Source: Basidiobolus meristosporus CBS 931.73 (taxonomy: Eukaryota; Fungi; Basidiobolomycota). Taken from it: a DNA stretch of 64,000 nt. This document shows positions 50,940 to 63,650 of the stretch, in pieces. Both the position numbers and the translations under genes were made by a program. The stretch's first letter is position 1, and each line of letters opens with the position of its first letter. The DNA lies in contig MCFE01000480.1 in assembly GCA_002104905.1 (NCBI GenBank), positions 1 through 64,000 on the forward strand, in the 5' to 3' direction. Under the pieces are notes generated by a model. That model was not told the DNA's origin. It searched no databases and worked only from the letters and a program-made list of their open reading frames with translations.

Positions 50940-51464
50940 GTTGCACAAAGCCAGAAGGTTCCTGCCAAAGTAATGGAAAAAGGGTGCTACAGCAGGTATA
51001 CTTATTCAATGGTGGATTCAAATGGAGTTACTTGTTCAATGTGGTGTTGGGCTTAATGTTAGTGTGGATATAGGACTTGCATAGGGCAATACAATTGAAA
51101 ACTGAGGTACAACTGAAGTCTCATCAGAAATTAATCAATCTATATGCATGGAAAGTAAGAGAACTGGTAGAGTCAGGAAGTAAGTAATGTGAAAAAGAGG
51201 CAATAGCCAATTAATGTACACAAATGTAGGAGGTGATGGAGTGTCTGGGATTAGAAAGTGACAGAATTGGCAGAGATCAAATCAGGAGCCATCTTTGTAT
51301 TGTTGTGCTGAAAAATTTTGACTAATTTTTTTGTGAAATCTAGGGTGAAATTTTTTTTCAATGGTCTCTGTACAGTGTCCTGATAGGATCAATACCACTT
51401 AATCATAGAACTCTTATTTTGTGTTGGCCTTTTAAAGTGATCACCACAGTTACTTTTCATAGGG
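50940..51464. mobile_element. CMC ORF1-side terminus, inverted relative to copy B
   Basis: Reverse-complement match to 31064-31530; TIR TTTTCATAGGG ending at 51464. Confidence 0.8.
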
Positions 51465-51468
51465 AACA

Positions 51469-53680
51469 TGTTGTGGGTGTCTTGGAGATATTGGCAGTGA
51501 TTTGGTGTACAAGTAGATTAGCTGGTTTTCAATTAATGAATTACTGAATGTAAAGTTGTATTGTACTTTGGCATGGTTTTGGCATGAAAAACCCATCAGA
51601 TATGCTTAGAAAGGTACTAAGAGCATGTGTGCAAAGCTTGGGGCTATTTGGACAACTCTGAGAATCTTCATGCTCTGGACACCTGATGTTTAGGTAAAAA
51701 TACTCCAAATGAATCCTAACAAGGAATTTGGCCTCTATAACAAGGAATTTGGCCTCTATTCACTCAGATTAAAAGCCAATATTTTATGCAACTAAGTTAG
51801 GTTGGTATTTACATGGAATTACAAAGCTTTACACTACTTCCACTCAACTAAATGTTCATACTGACTAGTCCTAATGAACATTCAGAAGTTGTCTCTAGCA
51901 AGTGATTTGGTAAATACATCTGCAATCACTTCATCTATGTGACAGTAAACTAAGTTGACTGGGTTAATATCTATAGCTTTATATATGAAATGATGTCTAA
52001 TATCTATCTGCTTAGCTCTAGCATGAAAAGTTGGATAACTGCCTAAATCTATACACCCTTGATTTGCTGAAATAAAGTAATAGGAATTTCTTGACATACA
52101 CCAATTCCTTGAGAACACTCTGAATCAAATTGCTTCTTTTGCTGCTTCACTGAGTGTAACATATACTTCCTTTGTGGTAGTCAGTGCTATGGTTGGTTGC
52201 TCTCTTGAGCTCCATGATAATACTTCCTTACAGTAAAGAAAGGTATATCCAGTGGAAGATCTTCTGTCTTCTAAATTTGTCCCAAATCAGCATCAGAGTA
52301 TCTCACAACCTCCTGTTCTATGTCTTCATAGGTGCTTCTTAAGCAGGTTTCCACAGTTCCTGTTGGGTATCTACTAATTTGCTTAACTGCTGCAAGGTGA
52401 TCAGATTCATAAATCTGATTATGCTAGCTGACAACTCCCACTGAAAATGAGATATAAGCATTTGTTCCCAGCATGATATATATTGGTCTGCCAACCATAG
52501 ATTTGTAACAGCATTCCAGGCTTTCTGATAGCCACAAGCTCTCATGATTTGGTTGTTATTTGACTTAGTTAGGTTTGTGGTCAGTGGGGGTGACAGATGG
52601 TTCACAGTTGTTCATATAGTACTTCTGAAGTATATCCAGCATATTCCATGTCTGGCTGATGCTTGGTACTTCTGTCTATGGAGACCTTTATCTCTAGGTA
52701 GTAGCAGAGCTCTCCCAGAATGGCTATTATAAACTTTTTAGATACAATGGATTTAATTTGTACTGATGTTTCTTGGTTATTGGTGGCTGTGATAAGATCA
52801 TTCATATATATATATATAGCTATTAGAGCTTGATATGCTCTATCTGTCCTGTATTAGATACTCTTGTAAGCAGTACTCTCGAGAAAACTCAATGATCCCA
52901 AATATGAATCTATCTTGCAATTCAGGCACTTGGACATGGGGTCAGCCCATGTGAGGATTTTTAAGCTTGTACACCAAATAGGTGCTATTGTGGTCTGCAA
53001 ATCTATTAAGCTGGCTCATATACATTCCTTATCAAGCTCCCCATTCAAAAATGCAGCTTCACATGCAATTGATATATAAAAAGTTGTATTCAGTTACAAA
53101 AGCCAATATTGATATGAAAGAACTAAACATGGCTACCAATGCAAAGGTCTTGGCATAGTCAAGTCCATTTATTTGGAATGCCACTTAGTGACAAGCCTTC
53201 CATTAGATAATTCACTTGCACCATCAGCCTTGTACTTTGTCTTCAAGAGCCACCTGCACCTTCTTTGTGGGTTATCATGTCCTATTAAAGCATGTTCTTC
53301 TTCCATCCTACACGCACTTTAATTTTTTAAATCTTCATCTGCAAGCCTTTGATATATGTAGTTTAGGGTTGAATCTTCAGTTCTTAACTCCAAGGCTGCT
53401 AAGAGTCCCTAAATCTGTCTGTCAGGCTTTTTAGGAGGGTAACTATTGCATATTCATCTATAACAGGTACACCCTGAGATTCCATCTCATCAACTAGCAG
53501 GGCAATTCTGTTGATCAGATTTTTTGTTTCTTTGCCCAACATCATTGTTGTAGAGAGGCATTTTTTCAAGGTTACATTCTTTTGGCAGCTAAACATGACT
53601 GGTAGGTGTCTTTGAATGCCTTCTGGGCATTCTTTGTTTTTCTTGCACTGGAGCATTGAATTATCAAGTTAACTCTAACA
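51469..53680 (-). mobile_element. Ty1/copia 3' relic (family 1); gag joined directly to RT
   Basis: 3' LTR 51469-51833 (344 bp plus a 21-bp tandem duplication), PPT, RNase H (AKQIDIRHHF, IADVFTKSL), RT remnants, gag IVTLLKSLTDRF. Confidence 0.88.
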
Positions 53681-54925
53681 TCAAGGCAATTGCCTCAAAA
53701 GGCACTTTACTCTTTCTTCTGGCATTTTGAGGCCTCCACTCCAATGTTTTTAAGTTTTCCTTTTATGATGGCAAGTTCCCAAGTAGTTGGATACCTTGCA
53801 ATGGTGGCATTCTCTGGTGTGAGTGCCATGCAACTGTTAATACATGCTGGTATCAGGATGGTCACTGGGTCATTTGTTGCCAGTTACATGATAGTTTTCT
53901 ATTTGTACCATGTACATGGTAAGTTGCATCCTGGAATGATATGGGCAAGAAGTTGTAGTAAATCCTTAAAGCCCCCACTACTGATATTGGTGAAAACACA
54001 CCACTTTTCTAGCCATAACATCACATCATCAACAGTAAATGGATTACTGGGTGCACTTGACTCTATCAAGTATCCTTGTCATCTTTGTCTTCTAGTGTTA
54101 TCTCATTGCATATTGGTATCTGACTGGGCTTGTGCATGGCACTGTTGATACAGGATATAGGCTCACAATTCATCAGTGAGCCTTCTTCAAAGTTATCACC
54201 TTGCATGCCATATTCCAAAGGCTGAGGTGAGCCTAAAGGCATTACAAACTCACCTGACCCAGTTTGAGCAAGGTCACAAGTGTGGCTAAGTGCCATTACA
54301 CAAGTATTAGGTGGCTGTTAAGATACAGTTAGTAAAGTAGTGACTGGTGATTGCTGAATGATTGTTTATGCTTTCCAGCAGGATCTTAGTAGATGGCCTT
54401 CATGTGAAATTGCATATTATTATATGCACAGGATATCTCCTAGCCATCAGCAAGATGGCTGGCTTTTTTGGGTACAGTAGACAGTATTGCTTTCAAATGC
54501 ATTAGATCTCAGTGATTTGCTCTGTAATTCAAGCACATTATTATTGAATACACACAGTCACCAAGAACACTTATTTCCTGCAGCAAAAACATACAAAAGT
54601 CCACATGCAATTGCAGCAAAGTCTGCAAGCTATAAGTAGTTAGACTTGTTCCATCATTCCAGCTGATCATAGTGCCCAATAGTGCCATAGCATGCCGTAT
54701 GGTGCCTGATCATGCCACAGAGTACCAGATGGTGCCATACAGTGCCAATTTGGGATCAAAATTGACATGCATATGACCCTAAAATATCAAATTAATAACA
54801 AAATATACAGCTCTCTCTGGCACTATGATCAATGGCACAATGGAACAAGTCTATTAGCCAGAATATGGGATTAATTGGAAACCAGAGATACTGATGATAG
54901 AGGGAATCTGTTGGAGCAAAATCAG
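53681..54925. mobile_element. Two CMC transposase fragments fused in opposite orientation
   Basis: 53681-54350 matches copy A orientation; 54350-54925 matches copy B orientation. Confidence 0.7.
54642..54852. mobile_element. 211-bp PHIS-family mini-MITE
   Basis: Ends AGACTTGTTCC / GGAACAAGTCT, internal (A)GTGCC repeats, flanks GTT/ATT. Confidence 0.85.
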
Positions 54926-57900
54926 ATAAGATCTCCACAGGGCATCCAAACTTCATCAGGATCTCATGGTAAATGAAACTTGCAACTTCTTGTTCACTGG
55001 CTATTGGCACTTCTTTGTGGCTTGCCTTGATTGGTTTGGCAGTTTGGGCATGTTTTCACTAGCTTCTCAGTATCTTGTTTCATTCTGGGCCACCATGCTC
55101 TGGCTTTCACAGGGCTATAGGTTCCTTCAATCCCAAGATGTCCATATCCATTGTGTAGCTTATGTATTAAATCCAGGCAAGCAACATAAGGTCAATAGGC
55201 AATAGGGCTTCCATCAACAATTTGGTAGAGTGTTTCATCCTGTACAACAAATTTGCTGGCTTCATCCTGGATTATCTTCTTGATATCTTCATCCACCTCA
55301 TTAGGAATGGCTTGGTCCTCCAAGTACTTTGGTAATAGGCTAGGCCAATCTGATTCATGCACCAAGTTGAGTTGTGCAACTTGATCTAATCTTGATAAGG
55401 CATCAGCAACCGTGTTGGTTTTTCCAGGGCAGTAGACAATCTCCAGGTCAAATTGCTGAATGTATTCACTCCATCTTGTCATTCTTCTAGAGAGTACCTT
55501 CTGAGTAAATATATACTTGAGGGAGGCATGATCAGTCTTCACAGTGCATTTGACTCCTCCAATATAACATCTCCATGTCTTCAAACAGTGTATTATAGCA
55601 AGCATCTCCTTCTCATGGACTGGATAGTTTTGTTCTGCTGAGTTCAGTTTCTTGTATTCAAAGGCAACAGGGTATTCCTTTCCCTCATGTTCTTGGCTCA
55701 GCACTCCACCAATTGCATAATCTGAAGCCTCTGTGCACAGAGTGAACTCTTTTCTGAAGTCTGGTATTCTTAAGCTTAGCAGCTTAGCAAGTTCATTCTT
55801 GAGCGTCTGGAAGGCAGTCTCACAAGCTATGTCCCACTTGTAGGCATTGTCTTTCCTGAGGATATCAGTTAATGGGGCCGCAATACTTGCAAACGACTTG
55901 ACAAATCTCCAATAATAGGAAACCATTCCAAGGAATGATCTGAGCTCTGATATGCTATGGGGCTGTTTCAGTTTCTTGATTACTTCCACCTTCTTTGGGT
56001 CTAAGGTTACTGCTGTGCTAGTTGCTATGTGTCCCAGGTATTCAACGTGCTCCTTGAAGAATTCACACTTGGCTAGCTTGCCATATAGCTTGTTCTCTCT
56101 TAGTTTCTTCAAGACCTTTTCAATGTGTACAACGTGATCCTCTTCTGTCTTGCTGTATATCAATATGTCATCCAGGTAGATTATCACAAACTTGTCCAAG
56201 TACTCCTGAAAGACAGTCTGCATCAGCGTCATGAATGTTGCAGGGGCATTAGTGAGGCCAAACTCATGACTAAATACTTGTAATGTCCATATCTGGTCCT
56301 AAATGCTGTCTTAGAAATATCTTCTGGTTTCACCCTAATTTGGTTGTATCCTGACATGAGGTCAATCTTGCTGAAAATAGTGGCTCCATTAAGTTGGTCC
56401 AAAAGCTCAAGGTATGGGGTACTTATTATTGATGGTAACTGAGTTCAGGGCTCTGTAGTCAATGCACATCCCAAGTGTTCCATCCTTCTTTTCACAAAAG
56501 CACTGATGCTCCCCAGGGTGACTTGCTGGGCCTGATGTATCCTTGCTCCAATAGCTGATCAATTTGTCTCTTCATTTCCTCAAATTCCAATGGACTCATT
56601 CTGTAAGGTGTCTTGCTCACTGGAGGGCTATTTCCTGTGTCAATGGCATGATCCATGTCTCTGACTGGTGGTAGGCTTACAAGCTCATCTGGGAACACAT
56701 CTGAATATTTCTTCAAGAGAGTCTGGACCTGCTGGGGTGCTGGGGTAGAGGAATCCTCCTGTAATACTGCCATGAGGAACATCTTGGTACCTTTTCTAAG
56801 TGCTCTACAGAACTGGGTCTTGCTAAGTTCACTTGTCTCACACACACTGGAATTGACCAAGTTGAAATCCAGCCTGGCAGGTAATAGCTCATAGGTCTTG
56901 TTGTCTTTTTGGTTCTGAGTAGCATGGGTTCTCCAGTTGATTGATGGATTACAACAAAATAGCCAGGTTTTTCCAAGTACAAGGTCAAACTTGCAGTTCC
57001 CAAATATATAGGCCTGTAGGTCTTCTTCATAGCCATTGATCTTCATTCTTACTGGCTGGGTAATACGGTTGACTATGTGAGAGCTCCCATCAGCTGTGGA
57101 GACTGAAGTTGATTTGGTAGGTTCTGAGTTGATTCCTGCTTTCAGAGTAAATTGCTCTGACATGTACTCATGCAATACTCCTGAGTTAATCATGATCTTG
57201 GCAGGTACTCCATCAATTACTCCATTCAAGCATAATAGCTTTCCTGAGTTTTAGGTCATCTGGGATAGGTATTCTTCTGTCATGTGGAAGGTGAGTTCTG
57301 AGTCTTCTTCAAGCTCATCCTTCATGTTACTATGCTCCATGGCCTCAATATGGTTAAAGGTTCTTGATGGCTGGTGTCCATTTCTTCTCTGAGGGCAGTA
57401 CTTTGCAATATGTCCCTGCTGGTGGCAATTGAAGCAAAGTCCTTTCTTCTTGCATTCTTCTGAGGAGGGATTCTTCTGCATAGCATCTATTTCCATTGGT
57501 ACTGCTTCTGATTGTCTTCTTTCATAATGATTGTAGCCTTTCTGATTAGTCACTGTAGGCTTCCCTACTCCAAACATAGCTGAGTCATAGTCAACAACAA
57601 TCTTGATGGCTTCTTCAATAGTCTGAGGTCTTTGGTAATTCACTTCCTTGCAAGTTCTTTCTTTCAACCCATCAATAAAGTATTCAACTTGATCCAAGTG
57701 GTCCATTCTTTCAATTTGTCCAAGTAGACATCTTTACTCATAGATGTATTCTTGCACCATTCCTTTCTGTCTGAGTATCTTTAACTTCCTTCTTAGTAGT
57801 GTCTGCTGGTGTGGAGGTTCAACAGCATCCTGAATTTCCGACACAAACTCATCCCAGGTAGAGATTGTAGAGCATCCCATCATAGTGGCTGACCTGATCT

Positions 57901-58630
57901 TGTTGTGGTACCACTGTAAGGCTGCATCTGCCAGGTAAGAAGCTGCATAATGCAACTTGCTTTCTGGAGCAATTCCTTTAGCTTTAAAAGCTTCTTCAAT
58001 CTGGAAGAGCCAAGTTCCCAGGTTTTCATTGACTCTGCCATGGTACCGGTTGACCTTCACACTAAAGTTGCTCTTGACAGGGCTTTGCTGGCTCTGAGCC
58101 ATGGTAGTCATTCCTTGTTGCTATTGGCTGAGGATCTGGAGTAACTGTTGCTGTTGGGCCAGGATTTGCTGCATGGCATCCTTCCATTCTTGATTGTCCG
58201 ACATCTTGAGGGTGGTTTCTTCTTTCTTCAGGAGGGTGGTTTCTGGTTTTTGCTGCTACCAATGTTACAAGTCTTGGTATAAGAGTTGTAGAGGAATAGG
58301 GAGTTTAGCCAGTATTGTATTCACTAAAACTTGAACTGATTTTTATTGAGGTTCCAGCAGCTCCTTCTTTACATTATGCCAGATCAATTGCTGACTAATT
58401 GTATTTCCTAATGTAGGTTGTGGCTGATGACTCATTTGATTGCATCATCATCACCCAATAAGATCCTACTTAATATATCTATTTCTGTCTGATAAGGATC
58501 TGCTGATTCATTTGCTGACTAATGCTACTGATTTCATAGATAATACTGAAATACTGATAACCTAAGCATATACTAATTGATTTGACTAAAAACTGATCTA
58601 ACTTAAGCATTCAAGCGGCAGATCATAACA
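54926..58630 (-). mobile_element. Ty3/gypsy retrotransposon, 3'-truncated in the integrase
   Basis: 5' LTR 58263-58630, PBS-like TGGTAGCAGC, gag with knuckle CFNCHQQGHIAKYC, protease, RT (SPWGA, IYLDDILIYS), RNase H (EKEMLAII, TDHASL, NTVADALSR); frameshifts near 56490. Confidence 0.95.
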
Positions 58631-58990
58631 CATGATGCTCAACAGTCTTGATGCACTATACATTTATTTGAGCAGACCTAAATAGCCAATGCATCTAATT
58701 TCCTTGTATAGCAAGAAACTTGACAGTGCTCTGACAGCCACATTGCAAGACTTTGCGGGCATTATAATGGCAGTACAGCTGTGTAGTATGGTAATCATAC
58801 ACCCCACAGGCAAGTTTATCCATATATCTATAAAGATGCACTTATTCATGCTTTATCTTACCAGTATCATGCCATTTTTCTTTGCCAGAATTTTTAATAT
58901 TACTTCCATATCATGTTCATCTTGACTAGTTATTGGCATAAGTTATCCTAAATGTTATTCAGCTTTGTAACCACCATATGTAACTACACT
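58631..58990 (-). mobile_element. CMC 3'-region fragment
   Basis: Similar to 23050-23300. Confidence 0.65.
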
Positions 58991-59970
58991 AGAATTGATC
59001 CATTGGATAGTGCTACATAGTGCTAGATTGAACTAGAACTCTACAGCACTATCTGGCACTATAACATCTACAATGATGCCAGTTGTAAGATGCAGCTACT
59101 GGTAACTTTACTCACGCTTATTTATGTTGCTCAGAATAGTGCTTTTCTTGCTTTATTCACTCTTCAAAATGCTCCAGACACATTTCTCTCAGTGGATGTC
59201 TTCATATATGAGTATACTACACATGGATAAGTATCTTAACTATTTTACCTACTCTGCTGTTTTTTTCTATATATGACTTTCCACTCTAATTACTTGCTAA
59301 TATGCTGAATCACTTCAAATATCCAAATATATGCTCTACCCTCACTCCAAAATGATTAAGCATCTTATTGTAGGTCATCTGCATCCTGCTAAGCACACCA
59401 TTCCTTGGCTTCCTGTAAGCTGTAACACATCCTAACCTCTGAAAATCCTCTCCCATGTGAGCTAGATCTGCATATACATTTCTCTCCTCTACTGAATTCT
59501 AGAAGACTCTCTACTCAGGGTGCTCAGTCATGCTTACTTCCGGTAAATGGCCCACTGAACCAGATGATGTTACCCTTAATGTCAAACAGTGCTTGAAACT
59601 TTATACAATGTGCCTTATGTTTGCCAGAATAAAAGTGCCTCTGCCCTCTAGAAGGTTTGTTAATCCTGACTGGGAAGGCATCCAAAACACTCCTGATATG
59701 GAACCTGTTGCTGAACTCTCTGGAATATGGAAGTTTATTGAAGCTTCTGAGCCTAGTATTCCCGGCTTATTCTAAGTCATTCTTACCCTTGGCAAGGTGG
59801 TTCTCCATTGCTGTCAGCTGGGAATGAAAGCTTCTAGGACTTTTGTTTCCATGGATGGTAGGATGAGACCTTGTAGAGCAATAGTTCTTATACTAGCAGA
59901 GAAGCTTAACAAGTGATATCTTTTAGTAGATAGGGGCAGATGGTCCACAGTACTTGGAATAGATCTTCTC
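58991..59970 (-). mobile_element. PHIS (PIF/Harbinger-superfamily) transposase-bearing copy, decayed
   Basis: Degenerate end AGAATTGATCC at 58991 with ACT flank; colinear with 62670-63650; right boundary uncertain. Confidence 0.8.
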
Positions 59971-60712
59971 TAATGTATAAAATGGAAATCCAGTGGTAGT
60001 GATAGGATTGATGAGAAAAGACCAATCAAATGAATTAGTCATGTTAAAATTGGTAGGTTATCAAGCAGATGTGGATTAAACTGATTTGTTATGATCAGCC
60101 TAATTTCTCTGATTTTCCATGCATTATGATTAAATCTTCATCAATTGCCATGTATCCAATCATTATGTTGCAAAAATTATCCTCAAACAATGACTTGGTG
60201 ATTTTATTGATGATTTAATCACAAGTCTATAATCAAATAGGAAATTGCTGTTGGTGTACCCTGATCCCTGTCAGTGTCGTTCAAGATGAGTCATGCTTGA
60301 TATGTGGAAAATTCAACAATCACATTAGTTATTATATATATTTCATATAAGACCAAGTTGATGCAATTATACTACTGTGTATGTACCCAAATCCATCACT
60401 ATGGTCCCTATTCCAAGTCTTAATTTGTCATTGGTACAACCCAGACAAAACCCATCCCCCAGCTTGCAGGCATGGCCTGGACTGGAAAAGTCAGTGTTGG
60501 ATCTGTTCAAATTCTTGCCAAATGACTCTGGTATGGCTCAAGTGTCTATGAAGAGCCTTCATAGAGATATTTGGGCACTACTCATTAATCTAGCAGAACG
60601 GGATACATCAAAGAGCCATCAGTGATGGAAGAATTTGAGTAGAAATCTGTGGCTTAAGTTTGCATCATGATGCCAGCAGATGCATGCAAGAAGATATGTA
60701 ACAAGACAAATA

Positions 60713-62669
60713 CCCCATAAAAAATAATTTGGTAATGCAGGTTGATTCTAATATGGATCAGCTGTTGTGATCCCAGCAGGAGACTGCAACAACATCAGCA
60801 GTCTGGAATAATGACCATCTAAACAATCTTACAACAGGATCACAACTGCATTTGGCTAATTTTACAGCCAAATAAAGCTAAAAACATTACGGTGTTTGTA
60901 TGGTATTTTGCCAAGGGTGGCATAGCATTGTTGCAGTCTTAGTGCACTCTACAACTATTTGAGTGGAACTAATCAGCTAGTATGTCCAATTGCCTTACAT
61001 GGCAAAAGCTTGATGGTGTTTTGACAACCTCATTGCAAGCCTTTGATGGCATTATCACCGCAGTATGGAGGCCTACAGCTAGTTTTGTATAATGCTACCT
61101 TACCAATTTACAAAAAAATGGCTTTTTTATTATTTTCTACCTCTCCTTGTGCAATTCAAATGATCCACTGTAGATTCACCCCTCTTTAGTTGCTGACCCA
61201 CTACTACCTTGGGTATCCCACATATAGTTTGATCTAAGAATACTGTGGCCTTCTGCTTACTAACCCCACAAACATGCACATCTGCTGCTATTGAGATGCT
61301 TCTATCAACTCAACTTAATGGCTTTTTAGTATGATACTGGCAAAGTTGTCATAAACCTTGTACTGCCAGTAATATATACATCTTACAAATACATAGTTAG
61401 TTGCCATTACTTCTGCCATAAATACCTCCTGAATATCTGCTAAGTACTTTTTGGTATTTAGCTAATATATTCCTTCTCACTGATGGATTCTGGTCCCCCT
61501 TATAGATGTGCCCTGGCTCTTGTTTGTGTAAATTCCATGTTGAATGGTGTAGAGATTGGCTTGTGACCAAGAGAAATCTGGCTTATCTTGGTAGAGTTTT
61601 CCTAATAAAGATTAGTGGCTTGTTGCACCCACCCCAACTTTGCATTACTAAACTGATTACCCAAACATTGGGGCTGCTTAGCTTCTTAATGCCATAGGCA
61701 TAGATGTCTCCATGTGCATACCTGTCCTCAGTATTTTCCAACTCTTCCTGGCTGTTGTCTGTGTGCCAACCCACCACAATCATGGCAGACTTGAATGTAA
61801 TATTCATTATGAGATTGGGATATGGTAGTACATGCATCTTCCTATCTCCCAACACATCTGCTCCATAGGAAACTCCCAAAAGGTAAAGCAAGGTCCAATA
61901 TTCTCAACATACCAAGCAAGATGGAGTAGCAAGTGAATGTGGTAGCAGCAGATATCTATGCATTCAGCTTTATGTTTGTAGTATATCTGCTCAAATCTAA
62001 TTGCAAACCCTTTGCACAAAAGCTGTATTTGCATCACACTGGCATTGGTGATCCACTTCTGAATAAATAATCCTACAATGCCCATATATGACTTCCAATG
62101 CTTCTAATGTACTCTTGGTAGAAATGGCATCAGAAGTCCACTTGAATAAAAGATATCCAGCTCATCCAGTCCCTGCACTTGTATTGCTTCATACACATAT
62201 GAATTTTGGCTTGAACCCGTGAGAAATACTTATGGTAGCAGACACTCTGTGAAATCTTGACAATTCTTTCAAGTATCTCTGGTATCTCAAAGGGCTCAGT
62301 TAGCTTGAAGTGCCCCATGTACAACTTGGTCATCAGTATAGAGATATTGTTGAAAAGCAAACGCATTGCACCCAGTGGAAAGCTTTTGCTCCAACAGATA
62401 CCCTCTATCTTTAGTATCTCTGGTTTTCAATTAATTCCATGTTCTGGCCAAAGGCCAATAGCTTGCCAACTTTGCTGCAATTGCATGCTGACTTCAGTAC
62501 ATTCTCTCTGCAGAAAGATGATGTTCTTAGTGTTGGTGTATGAATAATAATGTGTGTAAGTTATGGAGTAAATCCCCTGGATCTCACACGTTTGACAGCA
62601 ATACCATCCATTTTGCCCAGAAAAGCCAGCTATCTTGCTGATGGCTGGGGTTTCTCCAATACAGATAAT
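60713..62669 (-). mobile_element. CACTA/CMC copy F, interrupted by a PHIS element
   Basis: Degenerate TIR CCCCATAAAAAATAATT; transposase remnants 61583-62547 (HLLLHLAWYVENIGPCFTFWEFPMEQ). Confidence 0.85.
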
Positions 62670-63650
62670 AGACTTGTTCTGTTGGATAGTGCCACATAGT
62701 GCCAGCCTGTTTATAGTGCCAGATCAATCTGGCACTCTATGGCACCATCTGGCACTATATTTTATACCATAATGCCAGTGGTAGAATATAGTTACTGGTA
62801 ATTTTACTCAATCTTACTTATGTTGCTCAGAATAGTGCTTTCCTTGCTTTATTTACTCCTCATAATCCTACAGACACATTTCTCTCAGTGGATATCTTCT
62901 TGTATGAATATACTATGAATTAATAAGTATCTTAACCATTTTACCTATTCTGCTATTTTCTCCTATATATGTCTTTCATCTGTAATTACATGCCAATATG
63001 CTGAATCACTTTGGATATCCAAATGTATGCTCTACCCTCACTCTGAAATGATTAATTATCTCATTGTAGAGCTTCTGCTTTCTGCTAAGCACACCATCCT
63101 TGGTTTCCTATAAGCTGTAATACATTGTAATCTCTGACAATCCTCTCCTGTATAAGCCAAGTCTGCCATACTTTTCTCCCCTCTACTGAATTCTGGATGA
63201 TTCTCTACCCAGAGTGCTTTGTCATGCCTGCTTCCAGCAAATGGCCCACTAAACCAGATGATGTTACCCTCAATGTCAGATGGTGCTTGAAACTTCACAC
63301 AGTGTGCCTTGTTCTTGTCAGAATAAAAGTGCCTCTGCCCTCTTGACGGTCTGTTAATCCTGACTGGGAAGGTATCCAAAATACTCCTTATATGGAACCT
63401 GTTGCTAAACACTCTGGGATATGGGAGTCTATTGAAGCTTCTGAACCTAGTATTCCAAACATGCTCTAAGTCATTAATACCCTCTGCAAGGTGGTTTTCC
63501 ATTGCAGTCAGCTGGGAATAAAAGCTTCTAGGACTTTTGTTGTCATGGATGGTGGGATGAAACCTTGTAGGGCAATAGTTCTTGTAATAGCCAAGAAGCT
63601 TGGCAAGGGATCTCCATGACTAGATTGGGGTAGATGGTCCAAAGTATTTT
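62670..63650 (-). mobile_element. PHIS transposon with DDE_Tnp_4-type transposase remnant (ORF 63056-63502)
   Basis: End AGACTTGTTCT with AAT flank; ILDTFPVRINRP, KAHCVKFQ, WFSGPFAGSRHD, MADLAYTG, and frameshifted RVRVEHTFG. Confidence 0.9.

Noticed and set aside
52805-52820. (TA)n tract inside copia RT
   Set aside because: Short microsatellite; no further significance evident.
54642-54790. Short spaced GTGCC repeats resembling a CRISPR-like array
   Set aside because: Subterminal motifs of a PHIS MITE in eukaryotic DNA; no constant repeat-spacer period and no cas genes.
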